DNA of 64,000 nt from Eledone cirrhosa. Its lineage: Eukaryota. Below the pieces are notes generated by a model, which was not told the origin of the DNA, ran no database searches, and saw only the letters and a program-made list of their open reading frames with translations. The stretch covers positions 101,866,001-101,930,000 of the forward strand of contig OZ024740.1 in the NCBI GenBank assembly GCA_964016885.1, in the 5' to 3' direction. Of this stretch, positions 51,455 to 64,000 are shown piece after piece. Position 1 is the stretch's first letter, and each line of letters opens with the position of its first letter. Made by a program: the position numbers and the translations under genes.

Positions 51455-53631
51455 AGCAATTAGAGTCGTACATGGTAGAGGAACAGTGGGAATTCCTGAA
51501 AGCAAACCTGCTGATGGCGGCAGACGAAGTCTGTGGCTGGAGCAGGCCTGTAGGCAGGAGGAGAGTAACATGGTTGTGGAACAGTAAGGTGGAGGGGTCA
51601 ATCAAGGCCAAAAAGCAGGCTTGGAAAGCATGGCAGGATGGGGGAAGTAGAGAAGACTATCAAGTGGCCAGGAGGGAAGCTAGGAGACAAGTGTACTTCG
51701 CAAGAAGGGAAGCAGAGGAAAGAAAGTTCAAGCATGTTCTACAACGAGAGGACCAAAAACGTGAGGTGTTCAGGATTGCTAGGCAATGTGTCAAGGAAAA
51801 CCGTGATATTGTCGGGGAGAAGTGTGTACTTAACGATGATGGTGTACTTGCCATCACTGATGCTGATAAGAAGGTAGCTTGGAAGTGTCACTACGAAAGG
51901 CTACTAAATGAGGAGAATAAATGGGAGAAAGACAGTCTCCCCCACATCGACCCAATAGAGGGACCAGCAGTGTTAGTCGAAGATAGTATAATAAGTAAGG
52001 CAATCAAAGATATGAAGACGGGTAAGGCGGCTGGGCCTTCGGAAATAGTTGCTGAGATGCTGAAAGCCTCCGGTACGGTGGGACACACCATGGTCACCCG
52101 GATAGTAAACCAAGTCATACAGAATGGGGTTGTTCCGAAGGACTGGCGTAGCAGCATCATTGTTAACTGTTACAAGGGTAAAGGAGACGCCCTAGATAGG
52201 AGTAACTATAGAGGCATTAAATTAATCGACCAGGTCATGAAGGTCACGGAAAAAGTAATAGCGCAACTAATCAGAGAGAGAATTGATCTAGATGAAATGC
52301 AGTTCAGGTTTGTGTCAGGCAAAAGTACCACAGACGCTCTTTTCATTGTACGACAACTACAGGAGAAGTACCTAGCTAAAAGTAAACCCCTATACTTAGC
52401 TTTTGTCGACTTGGAGAAAGCCTTCGACAGAGTCCCCCGTTCCATTATCTGGTGGGCTCTTAGAAAACTAGGTGTTGACGAATGGCTTGTGAGAGCCATA
52501 CAAGCCATGTATAAAGAAACAGTCAGCAAGGTTAGAATTAACAACGAATATAGTGAAGAGTTTAGCATAAAAGTTGGTGTCCATCAGGGCTCTGTTCTTA
52601 GCCCCCTACTATTTATTATTGCCCTTCAGGCTATAACAGAGGAGTTCAAGACCGGCTGCCCATGGGAACTCCTATACGCAGATGATCTAACGCTCATAGC
52701 TGAATCAATGGCCGAGCTAGAGAAGAAATTCCAAACATGGAAGCACGGCCTAGAATCAAAAGGCCTTAAAATTAACCTGGCTAAGACTAAAGTTCTAGTT
52801 TGTAGGAAAGAAAATAAGGCGCCTGTCCCCTCCTGGAAATAGCCATGCTCAGTGTGTAGGAAAGGCGTAGGTAGAAACTCCATTTTATGTCCCAAATGCA
52901 AAGTATGGGTGCATAAAAGATGTAGTGGGATCACAGGTAAGCTAACTAAGAACACAAATTTTACATTTAGCCGGTGCTCTGGTGCAATAAGTAGCAGCAA
53001 GTGCCCACAAAATACTAACTCTTTCAATTGCGCAGAGGGTTCTATAGAAATAGTGGACAGCTTCCGTTACCTGGGTGACAAAATCAGCAGTGGGGGAGGG
53101 TGCTCTGAAAGTACAGTAGCTAGAGTCAGAACTGGATGGAAAAAGTTCAGAGAGCTTATACCACTATTAGCCGCTAAAGGATTCTCCCTAAAAATGAAAG
53201 GCAGGTTGTATGATGCCTGCTTACGAACATCAATGTTGCATGGCAGTGAGACCTGGACATTGTGTGCAGAGGATATACGCAGACTAGAGAGGAACGAAGC
53301 TTGCATGCTCCGCTGGATGTGTAATAGTAACATACGTGAACGGCAAAGCATAAACGAACTAAGGAAAAAATTAGAAATAAGAGGGATCAGATGTTGTTTA
53401 CTCGAGAGAAGGCTACGTTGGTATGGTCACGTGATGCGCATGAAAGACGACAGCTGTATAACAAAGTGCAGGGCAATAAAGATAGATGGTAACCACGGAG
53501 TAGGCAGACCCAGGAAAACCTGGGACGAGCTGATAAATTCCGACCTCACACACTTACACCTCTCCAAGACAATGTCACTGGACCGAGACCTTTGGCGGTA
53601 CTCATTAACAGAGAAGACCCGTCTTACCTAA
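51455..53631 (+). pseudogene. RTE ORF with a single in-frame nonsense codon (TGG>TAG at 52840-52842)
   Basis: ORFs 51349-52842 and 52852-53631 are in the same frame. Other copies have Trp at the stop. Confidence 0.9.
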
Positions 53632-54015
53632 ATACAAAGTAAAACCTACTAGACAGTAGGCATCTCTAACAAAATACACCCCCATCCCACCCCATCCACA
53701 CCGCCCCCTTCAATGCAAAGTTATGTTGGTGCCACAACATCCAAGCCAAAACAAATGAGATCGTGTAGGTGTCACTACAAAAAAAACACACAGTCCACGC
53801 TGTAATGTGGCCGTGTAGGTAACATGGTAAAAACCTCCCAGTCCCACACTGTAAATGTGGTTGGTGTTAGGAAGGGCATCCAGCTGTAGAAAACCCGCCA
53901 GACAGTCCCATGCGAGCAAGACAACCACTCTTGCCTCAAGTGGGAAAACTCCCGTCCAAACCCATGCAAGCGTGGAACATGGACGTTAAACGATGATGAT
54001 GATGATGATGATGAT
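51455..54015 (+). mobile_element. Longest RTE LINE copy (linker plus RT plus 3'UTR; endonuclease absent)
   Basis: Linker QWEFLK..EVCG..WLWN through the whole RT, then (GAT)n tail. The 5' boundary is approximate. Confidence 0.93.
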
Positions 54016-54023
54016 ATAATAAT

Positions 54024-54210
54024 TGTTTCTACTTTTGGCACAAGGCCATCAATTACCCAGTACATTACTGGTACTTTATTTTATCGACCCCCGTAAGGAT
54101 GAAAGGCAAAGTTAACCTCGGCGGGTTTTGAACTCTGAATGGCAAGGGCCGTAACTCTATGCAGCAAGGCATGATGTTCGACCCTCTACCGATACTGCCA
54201 ATCCACATAT
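54024..54210 (-). mobile_element. Family B SINE directly after the RTE tail
   Basis: Full reverse-complement copy; atataataat lies on both sides (54014 and 54220). Confidence 0.88.
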
Positions 54211-54359
54211 TTATAGTACATATAATAATGTACAAATGTCAGGAAAGTGAACAGTGTATGAGTCAAGATATACTCACACATACATGCATGTGTGTGTATG
54301 GAAGGGGAATATCAGGTGTAGGTGAGTTTCAGAAAGCATGGACTATTTACAGGACTTGC

Positions 54360-54935
54360 GTAGATTAGAAAGAAATGAAGATTACATGCTTTGATGGATG
54401 TGTAATTGTAATACACATGAATGGAAAAGCATAAATGAACTGAGAGAGAAACTGGGCATAAGAGGGATCAGATGTGTCAGGAGAGAAGATTGTGATGGTA
54501 TGGACATGTGATGTGAATGAAGGATAAAAAGGTACAGTGCACTCAAACTTAAAGGAAATGATGGAGTAAGCAGAGCTAGGAAGACTGTAGATGAGGTGAT
54601 AAATCTGACCACGTACAATTGCACCTGTCTTCCCATGGGCAAGGGTTGAAGTATACATCTAGTATGCACCACCTTTCCCTACCATCTTTTCTCCATACAC
54701 CAGCCCTAAAACTCCATCCATGCCCTAACACTCCAGCCTTTGCCAGATAAGTCCCCCCCTCCCCCCGCCTCATTACACACTGTAAAGTTGTCATTTTGTG
54801 CTATGACAAAAAGGACCCCATTCCATACAGTTCTGTATGAGCAAGACACTGTCATCTGGTCTGGCATGTCCCGCAATCGGACAACTCATCTAACCCTTGC
54901 TAGCATGGATAAATGGATGTTAAACAGTGATGATA
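54360..54935 (+). mobile_element. Old RTE 3' remnant
   Basis: Degraded SINELREKLGIRGIRC-like region and ccttgctagcatgg..gatgat tail. Confidence 0.7.
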
Positions 54936-57154
54936 TATATATATATCAAATACAAAAAGGATGATGATATATATATATATCATCATCATTCTATTCTTCT
55001 TTATGTCCATTTTTCTATGCTGGCATAGGTTGGATCTGGATGAAACATTTTTATACTAGAATTCTACTTCCTCATGCCAACCCCTGCTAGATTGTAAACT
55101 ATTTTTAACTATTGTATGGATCATTCCACAACTAACCAGTGACCTATGAGATTTCTGTTTATGCAGGACATAAACAAATATGTGCATGTGCTAATGATAT
55201 TAAATGCAAAGTGACAAAAGATAACCACACACACAGACACACACACACACACACATATATGTATATATATATATATATTTCCAACAAGCTTTGTACAAGT
55301 TATATCTACCAAAATCCCTCACATGATTTTAGTAGAAGACACATACCCAAAGTGTCTCACAATAAGATAGAACCCAAAATTACATAATTGTAAAGCATAC
55401 CACCTTGCCTGAAACACTAATATTTGGCTTAACGTTTTACATTCTGACCTCACCAATTGTTCCCATGGCTGCCTCATTTTCCCCTCTTTCATCAGTATAT
55501 TTCCCCTATCAGCATAGAGCAAATTTTCATCCAATCATTTGTCCTGCACATGATACTTAAAATACTCAGCTATTTTCTCAGAATACTTGTGTTCTAACTG
55601 GTTTTGGCTAGTTTGGATATTTGCATATTGTCTGAGTAATTGCATCTGTGTGTTGCTGTTGTTATTGTCATTGTTTTGTTTCAATATTACCACAATTTGA
55701 TGCCTTTTCTATAACTAACCAGTCAACATATATATCTCTGTTAATCAGTGAAGCATATTGGAAAAGGAAAGACAAGTGGAATTAAATGGAGATGACATAA
55801 CATTAGTAATTTAAGAAGAGCTGAGGCCATTATATTTGTGATAGAAGAGATAGATGATATATTTTAACAATCATCCAGTGTGTTGTGAGATAGTGTGTTA
55901 GTAATAGCCAACTAGACTATCTGGCAGACATTTTACATCTTGTATTGCATAGTCTAGAATATCTGGAGCTAAGGATGAAAAAGTTGGTAAAGCATCTGAC
56001 TGTATGTTTCATAGAATCTACTTTTGTCCTTTTAAAATCCTGGTTCAAATCTTGTCAGTGTTGATTTTACATTTTCCAACCAAAGTTTATAGAATAGTAA
56101 ATACATATAGATTGGCCTGATGATTAAGAAGTCCATTTCATTATCGTGAGTGAATGTATGTAGTTTAGTAGTTAAGTAGTTTGCAGCTCACAATCCTTAG
56201 ATTGTGGGATTCATTCTCAGACTGGGAGGTGCATTTGTCCTTGAGTGAGACACTTTATTTGATGTTGCTCCAGTCTACTCAGCTGATAAAAATAAGTACT
56301 AACTGTAGCTATAGGTTAACCCTATGATGGACAATCATCTCTTCTTGCCTCTTCAGTTGCTTAACATCAATAGAACCAAGATACATTCCAGTTTGATGTT
56401 CCTCTGGGCTTTTGACAGACTTTAACTCTCAATATCCTGTACTGATTTAGCAGAAAATATTTAAAAACAGGTTTTTTAGTGCAAATCTGCATAGTATCTT
56501 TACCAGTAGATATATTGTTTTGACAATTCACAGTAAACTAAAATAAAGACTTCAATGTTTTATGTGGTATAATCATAGTGCTGTTTTGTACTTCTTAAGA
56601 ATATTTTGCTGGTGTGGTTTAATCATGCATCTTTTTTTTATTCTCACACTGACAATGAATGCAAATATAACACAGAAAGTAGAAGGAAGAGGAAAAGCCA
56701 TGGGAGAAAGGGGTTGGGTGTTTGAAAGAGAGAGATGAGGTGGATAAAGAGAGAAAGATGTGGAAGAGGGAAAGAGAACATTTAGATACCAATAAATAAT
56801 AAAACTTCAGTTGGACACAAAAAAATCTTTTAAAAAATGGAAAAAATTTAAGCTGGAGGTGAAATTATATTTTTTTTTAATCTTTTCTTATAAGAATTTT
56901 TCCACCCGTGTTTTATATATATATCTACATATATCTACATATATATATACAAATGGAAGTTCAGCATAATCGAAGCTCTGGCTGCAGCTAAGCTAACGAA
57001 TACAATCGGAATGTGCAGCTAAGCACTCAATAAGGTATTTTACCTTAGAGTAATAACATTACTTTGCAAATATATATATATATATATATCATCATCATCA
57101 TCATCATAGATTAATGTCCATCTTCCACGCTACCATGGGTTAGACGGGTACTAT

Positions 57155-57180
<26 letters not shown>

Positions 57181-57185
<5 letters not shown>

Positions 57186-58156
57186 CCACTATTAGCCGCT
57201 AGAGGGTTCTCCCTAAAAATGAAAGGCAGGTTATACGATGCCTGCATACGAACAGCAATGCTGCATGGCAGTGAGACCTGGGCATTGTGTGCAGAGGATA
57301 TACGCAGACTAGAGAGAAACGAAGCTTGCATGCTCCGCTGGATGTGTAATAGTAATATACGTGAACAGCAAAGCATAAACGAACTAAGGAAAAAATTAGA
57401 AATAAGAGGGATCAGATGTTGTTTACTCGAGAGAAGGCTACGTTGGTACGGTCACGTGATGCGCATGAAAGACGACAGCTGTATAACAAAGTGCAGGGCA
57501 ATAAAGATAGACGGTAGCCACGGAGTAGGCAGACCCAGAAAAACATGGGACGAGCTGATAAATTCTGACCTCACACGCTTACACCTCTCCAAGACAATGT
57601 CACTGGACCGAGACCTTTGGCGGTACTCAGTAATAGAGAAGACCCGCCTTACCTAAATACAAAGTAAAAACCTACTACAGTCAGTAGGCATCTCTATCAA
57701 AACACACCCCCGTCCCACCACCTCCACCCCATCCACACCGCCCCTTTCAATGTAAAGTTATGTTGGTCCCACAACATCCAGGCCGAAACAAATGAGATCG
57801 TGTAGGTGTCACAACAAAAAAACACACAGTCCACGCTGTAAATGTGGCCGTGTAGGCAACACGGTAAAAACCTCCCAGCCCCACACTGTAAATGTGGTTG
57901 GTGTTAGGAAGGGCATCCAGCTGTAGAAAACCCGCCAGACAGTCCACGCTGTAATGTGGCCGTGTAGGCAACACGGTAAAAACCTCCCAGCCCCACACTG
58001 TAAATGTGGTTGGTGTTAGGAAGGGCATCCAACTGTAGAAAACCCGCCAGACAGTCCTATGCGAGCAAGACAACCACTCTTGCCTCAAGTGGGAAAACCC
58101 CCGTCCAAACCCATGCAAGCGTGGAACACGGACGCTAAACCTGATGATGATGATGA

Positions 58157-58160
<4 letters not shown>
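57181..58160 (+). mobile_element. RTE LINE 3' fragment with the 112-bp 3'UTR duplication
   Basis: ORF 57219-57656. Both ends in (TA)n. Confidence 0.95.
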
Positions 58161-58217
<57 letters not shown>

Positions 58218-58469
58218 GTGTTTTTATTTTCATTTGTTTATTGCTAATGTTAATATTTAAGAAGTTTGTTTCCCAGGTTCGATTCCACAATTTGGAGTCT
58301 TCCGAGTGAAATTGGATAAACAGAAAATGTTTAGAAAGTTTTCCGATGGACTCAACCTCTAATTCAAGAGGCCAGTCTTGTCATATTTTGGGGTTACACT
58401 GATTTTGCTGTGAATTACATTATGGGTTCACATACAAGTGGAATACTCAGTCACTTGCATGTTAATTTA

Positions 58470-59338
58470 ACAAGTATCGGTAGAGTATTGGACAGCATGC
58501 TGTGTGGCATACGTCGTGTTAGAGACCTTTACATTCTGAGTTCAAATCCTGCCGAGGCTAGTTTTGCCTTTCATCCTTACGGGGTTGGTTGATAAAATGA
58601 AGTATCAGTAACGCACTTGGGTTGATTTAATTGACTTTCCTCTCCCTAAAATTGTTGTTCTTGTGCCTAAATCAAAAACCATTTTTATTTGGATAGGTGG
58701 ATTGGCAGAATCATTAGAGTGCCAGACAAAATAGTTTAACCCTTTAGCATTCACATTACTCTATATTTACTATAGTAATTTTCACATTAAATGTTTTACC
58801 TCATATAATTATCTCACATAATATCAAATCTATGAAATTAATATTATTTATTCTGAGAGCAATACCTTAAAGTCAGTATGGGGGGGGGGGGGGGGGCAGT
58901 TATAGCCTGTTTGAACAGAAAGGAGTGAGAGAATTCTGGCCAGATATGGCCGGTTTAAATGCTAAAGGGTTAAAGTATTTATTTCAACACTTTAATGTTT
59001 TGAGTTCAAATCTTGCCAAGATCAACTTTGCCTGTCATCCTTGATTAACACTACTGCTCAAATTTCTGGCCTTGAGCCTAAATTAGAAAACATTATTATT
59101 ATTCTTGTTACTTTTATTATTTAACAATGAGAAGTGGATTGGTAGTATCAGTAGAGTGATGGACAACATGCTTTGTGGCACCTTTACGTTCTGAGTTCAA
59201 ATCCCACTGAGGTTAACTTTGCCTTTCATCCTTTCAGGATCAATAAAATAACGTACCAATATAAGGCACTGGGGCTGATTTAATCAACTTTCCCCTTGCC
59301 CTCAAATTGCTGGCATTGTGCCTAAAGTAGAAACAGTT
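58470..59338 (+). mobile_element. Cluster of three family B SINEs
   Basis: B-box and core motifs near 58538, 59002 and 59192. Confidence 0.8.
58736..58973. mobile_element. piggyBac-type MITE inserted in a SINE
   Basis: TTAA-ccctttagcatt...aatgctaaaggg-TTAA, perfect 12-bp TIR. Confidence 0.85.
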
Positions 59339-60435
59339 ATTTAACAATGGGATGACAGAAACAGTGTTGTACTAAATACTTTAAAATATTTGGTTTAGTC
59401 CCTTCATGTTTCAAGTTAAAATCCTTCCACGGTTAACGTTGTCTTTCATATTTCTAGAGGTCAATGAAAGACCTGCCAATGATGTACAAGATCATTAAAT
59501 AAATTCGTTCTGAGCTTACATCCTCCAAAATGTCTCATGTTCTGCCATTATTCAAGTTGGTAGATGGTAAATGTTTTAAAGTATTTAATCATATGTTCTG
59601 AGGTCAGTTCCTACTGGAATCAACTTTACTTTTTTTCCCCTGTTGGGTGATCATCGTCATCATTTTTATATTTACTTTTCCATACTGACATTGGCTGGAC
59701 AAGACTTTTTAAGGTAGTTTTTTTATGGCTAGATGCACTTCCTGTTGTCATCTCATACATTTTTTTATAAGTATGATATACACCACTCATCTTCATTGTT
59801 ATCTGCAAACATAAACAAACGTCAACACTCACTTTGAATAGTGTTGATATGAAGACTTATGAAGACAGCCACACATATACACTCACAGACATGTATTTAT
59901 ATACGATTTTCTTCCTCACGGTATCCATCTATAAAATTTCCTCACAAGGTATTGATTAGCTTGAGGCTGTATCAAAAAACGCTTACCTAAAGTGATGCAG
60001 AATGTGATCAATTACGAATCTAAATGATTGCAAAGTTAACTTTCTAAACAGACAACCATGCCTGCACCTCAATAGTATAAAACCAGTGATGTCCTAGAAT
60101 CAATTTAAACAACTATATCCACCTCATAGAATGTTTGCCCTCCTCTATCAGTGTTAGACTATGTGGATTTGGTTTAGAATCAATACACTATATCCTTACA
60201 TATCGTAAGAGGTGATTACAATGGTTGACACTAGGAAAAACATCCAAGTGTAAAAGCTCCTTAAAAATGGGCCTTATGGAGTCCCCAAGGATAACCACTA
60301 TATTAGCAGGGGGAATTTGCCTTGAAATGCTTGTGTTGTTTGCCTATAAAGTATTAGAAGTTATTCTTTCTACCACCCTTGTGGCAAATAAATTTTAAAA
60401 AGTATTCTTATTCTTCTTCTTCTTCTCATTTATGG

Positions 60436-60575
60436 TCTGAGTTCAAATCCCGCCACGGTTAACTTTGCCTTTCATCCTTACGGGGTCGATAAAATAAAGT
60501 ACCAGTAATACACTGCGATAATTGCTGGCCTTGTGCCAAAAGTAGAAACAATTATTATTATTATTATTATTATTA
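60436..60575 (+). mobile_element. 5'-truncated family B SINE with (ATT)n tail
   Basis: Runs from the B box to ACAATT(ATT)n. Confidence 0.85.
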
Positions 60576-60733
60576 CGATGGAAAAGCAGGGTGTAATTTG
60601 AGGAATACTTGACTGCTATTTCTAACAAGTCAAGCCAACATGTAAAGATTTCCTTATTGGTGCATTAATATCCATGCTTGAATATGATGATGTTAGTGAT
60701 AGTTTTGATTTATTGTTAAAATACTCACGCAAA

Positions 60734-61026
60734 CATCATCATCATCATCATCCTCATCGTTTAACGTCCATATTCCACGCTCGCATGGGTTTGGACGGAA
60801 TTTTCCCACTTGAGGCAAGAGTGGTTGTCTTGCTTGCATAGGACTGTCTGGCGGGTTTTCTATGGCTGGATGCCCTTCCTAACACCAACCACATTTACAG
60901 TGTGGAGCTGGGAGGTTTTTACCGTGTTACCTACATGGCCACATTACAGTGTGGACTGTGTGTTTTTTTGTCGTGACACCTACACGACCTCATTTGTTTC
61001 GGGCTGGATGTTGTGGTACCAACATA
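60734..61026 (-). mobile_element. RTE 3'UTR-only fragment
   Basis: Matches the family 3'UTR; (CAT)n on the + strand. Confidence 0.9.
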
Positions 61027-63189
61027 CATTATAATACAGACGTACACATGCATACCTTTTAAAGACATCTACATGAGCTAGAGTTAACATTTTACATTAA
61101 TTTTCCGATGTTTGCACAGATTCGATAAAAGCTAGAGCTTATTCCAAATTAATGAGCATTAAACATTTCATTATATTTCTAATAAAAGATACTGCCTACG
61201 GTTTTCAAATAATTTGGACAAACCTGGAACTTATCATAGTTTAATGCACATTAACCCTTTTATTACCATATTCCTAATAAGAGATGCTGCTTATAGTTTT
61301 CAAATAATTTTGAAAATAATCAAGAATTTGGAGGTTTTATTAATATAACTAACTTTTTCATTATCTTATGTTTGGAACATAACTTAATTTTTTAGATTGC
61401 CACAACAAAAATATCTCAGTCCATACTGTAAAGGGGTAGTGCTGATGCCACGATAAAAAGCACTCAGTCGATTCTGTAAGGTGGCAGTGTTGGTGCCATG
61501 ATAAAATGCTCCCAGTACATGCTGTAAGGTAGTTAGGGTTAGGATGAGCATCTGGCTGTAAAAACCATTCTAAAAACAGAATGTATGAGCAAGGGATAGT
61601 CACCTTACTTGTCTAGCTACAGGACATGAACCCATCAAACCCATGCAAGTATGGAAAGTAAATGTTAAATGTGAAAATAAATGTACAATGATGATAAACA
61701 CTTTCAAATAAACAGTTTTATAACATAGATCTAGGGGCAATTTCAGGAGGTTTGGTTAACACAAGCGTTAAACCATTGATTGTACATGACACCACCCTGG
61801 ATAAGGTGCTAGTCAGCTACTGCTACTACTTATTTTCAGATGAGTGAGCTAGAGCAATGTGAAATGAAGTAATTTGCTCAAGGACACAACATGTCATCTG
61901 GTCAGGGAATTGAACTCCCAAATATATGATCATGAACCAAACAACCTATCCAATTGGCCATGCACCTTCAACACATATTTACTGACACGTACACAGTCAT
62001 TTGCAAAAACATATATCTTCTTATAACATAAATGAGGCAGAGTTGGTTTGCTGTGTTCATTCCAGTTTTCTGTATTCGGAGATCAAATTTGCCCTTCATT
62101 CTTCCAATCTAGGACTGGGGTCAATTTTTCCTCTATATCTCTTTCTCACTTCCTCTCTATCACTCAGGAAGAAATCAGTGGTATTCAGACATAGCGAGGT
62201 TTAAAATGCCCCCAAAACACCATATATAATTACAGTGTCCCTACATCTCAACTAGGTGATACAGGTACATACATATATACCTACATACCTACATACATAC
62301 CTATATACATATATACATACATGATGGCTGCAAACTCTGCTAAGAGTATTGCAATCACTTGTCAGATTATAGAGTTTGGTGCACTTCTAGGCTACGGCCA
62401 GCCACACGAACCTGTAACATATCCTGAACAAGCAATGCCTCTGCTTTGAAGGATTCTTAAGTGGGGAAAGGCCTTGCACTCGACCAATCCCACTCTTTGA
62501 GCATCAAAAACACTACCCGAAAAGGAGAACTGTTCAACATCTTCGGATGCTTCCGAAGCCGCAGGTTTTTTTTCAGAGTTTCCCTCTCCTAGAAAGGTGT
62601 TGTGACAACAACTGAGAGCCTTTCACTCCCAGGTGAAAAAAAAAAAATACTATTTGGATGGCCATTGACTCTTGAGTTCCTCTGCCTACATACATACAAA
62701 CTCAAATATTTATCTTCAAATGCATACAAACTGACACAAACAATCTATCTCTGTCCCTCACTCTCTCTCTCTCTCTCACATTATCTCGCACACTCGCATA
62801 CATACATATTCTCATGTACATACAAACACACGCTCTCAAACGAACACATTCACATACATGAACAAACTTTCCCATACACATTCATATAACATGAATATTC
62901 ACAAATACAAATACAAATTTTCTTTTAACATACACACAGAACACACACACAGACACACACATATATGTATATTCCTCTAACACAAATATATTTTCTATGT
63001 AACACACACACTTACACACATGTACACACATATTCACACATATTCACACATATACACATGGATACATACTCACTTACACACGCGCACACACACATTTTAT
63101 GTTCCTTTTGTTATATTTGTTTTGGGGAAATATATCATTAATACAAATATTGAAAATATTCAACTTTAAAAATCTCTTCTGAGAGTGTT

Positions 63190-63326
63190 TGTTTATATGT
63201 GCCTGTGCGTGTTTATTTTTGTATATGCGTGCATATGTGTGTGTGCATGTGTGAATATATATATATATATATATAAGTGCGTGTGTGTGTGAATATATAT
63301 ATATATATATATATATGTGGGTGTGT

Positions 63327-63360
<34 letters not shown>

Positions 63361-63535
63361 ATGTGTGTGTGAATATATATGTGCGTATGTGTGTGAATAT
63401 ATATATATGTGCATGTGTGTGTGAATATGTGTGTGCGTGTGTGTGTGAATATATATATATGTGTGTGCGTGTGTGTGTGAATATATATATATGTATGTGT
63501 GTGTGTGTGCGTGTGTGCATTTTTGTGTATGTGCA
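63190..63535. repeat. Compound (TG)n/(TA)n microsatellite; similar tracts at 8310-8430, 20100-20470, 37030-37320, 41370-41587 and 43635-43820
   Basis: Direct inspection. Confidence 0.95.
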
Positions 63536-64000
63536 AACGATTTTGTTTGTTTTTTTAGTGCCAGCGTCTCCACCATTACTTTGAGAGAGTGTCTCTATGA
63601 GATTGCTCAACCTGCTTGAGATGGCAGCCAAATCTCCCTCGAATTGTATGCCCAACTGTCATAAAAAGAAAAGACACATTCAACAATTAGGTTAATCATC
63701 CATCATCATTTTTACATCTGATTTTCCATTCTTGCATGGGTTGGATGGATCCTTTCAAGCACAGCTTCTCTCCATGCTGCTTTCCTTTGTCATCTCCTAT
63801 GTGAGGCTCAGCAATTTGAGATCAGCTCTCACCACCTCTGCCAAGGTCTTCCTTGGTCTACTTCTACTGCGGCTTACTACTACTTGGATTTCCTGGCACT
63901 TCTACATCCAGCAATCATCATCTATTCACATCACAAGTCCCTACCAATACAGTCTTCTCTTTTGCAGATTCCTCTTAAACCTAGTTTCTCTTTCAGTTCA

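Overview
This is a repeat-saturated, AT-rich eukaryotic intergenic or intronic window. I found no convincing host protein-coding exon. The repeat inventory and the dense (TA)n/(CA)n/(CAT)n microsatellites suggest an octopus or other coleoid cephalopod, but that is inference. Contents: (1) about ten 5'-truncated copies of one young RTE-clade LINE, whose RT carries an inserted C4HC3 PHD-type zinc finger and ends in a stem-loop plus (GAT)n tail, mostly inserted in (TA)n; (2) a nearly intact Penelope-like element (Naiad-type RT plus GIY-YIG) in partial-tandem form, with a hammerhead-like motif; (3) four further hammerhead-like motifs in probable Penelope pLTR remnants; (4) two tRNA-derived SINE families, one sharing the RTE 3' tail; (5) non-autonomous Helitron-like elements, piggyBac-type TTAA MITEs, older RTE and CR1 fragments, and a 2 kb 32-bp minisatellite. 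The most unusual signal is a 137-bp-arm inverted repeat (7850-8179). Of its 37 non-Watson-Crick pairs, 35 are G.T and none is A.C. That is the pattern expected of a retrotransposed, ADAR-hyperedited hairpin or of a selected RNA hairpin. Most short ORFs in the track are microsatellite or antisense artefacts. All counts and alignments were done by eye.
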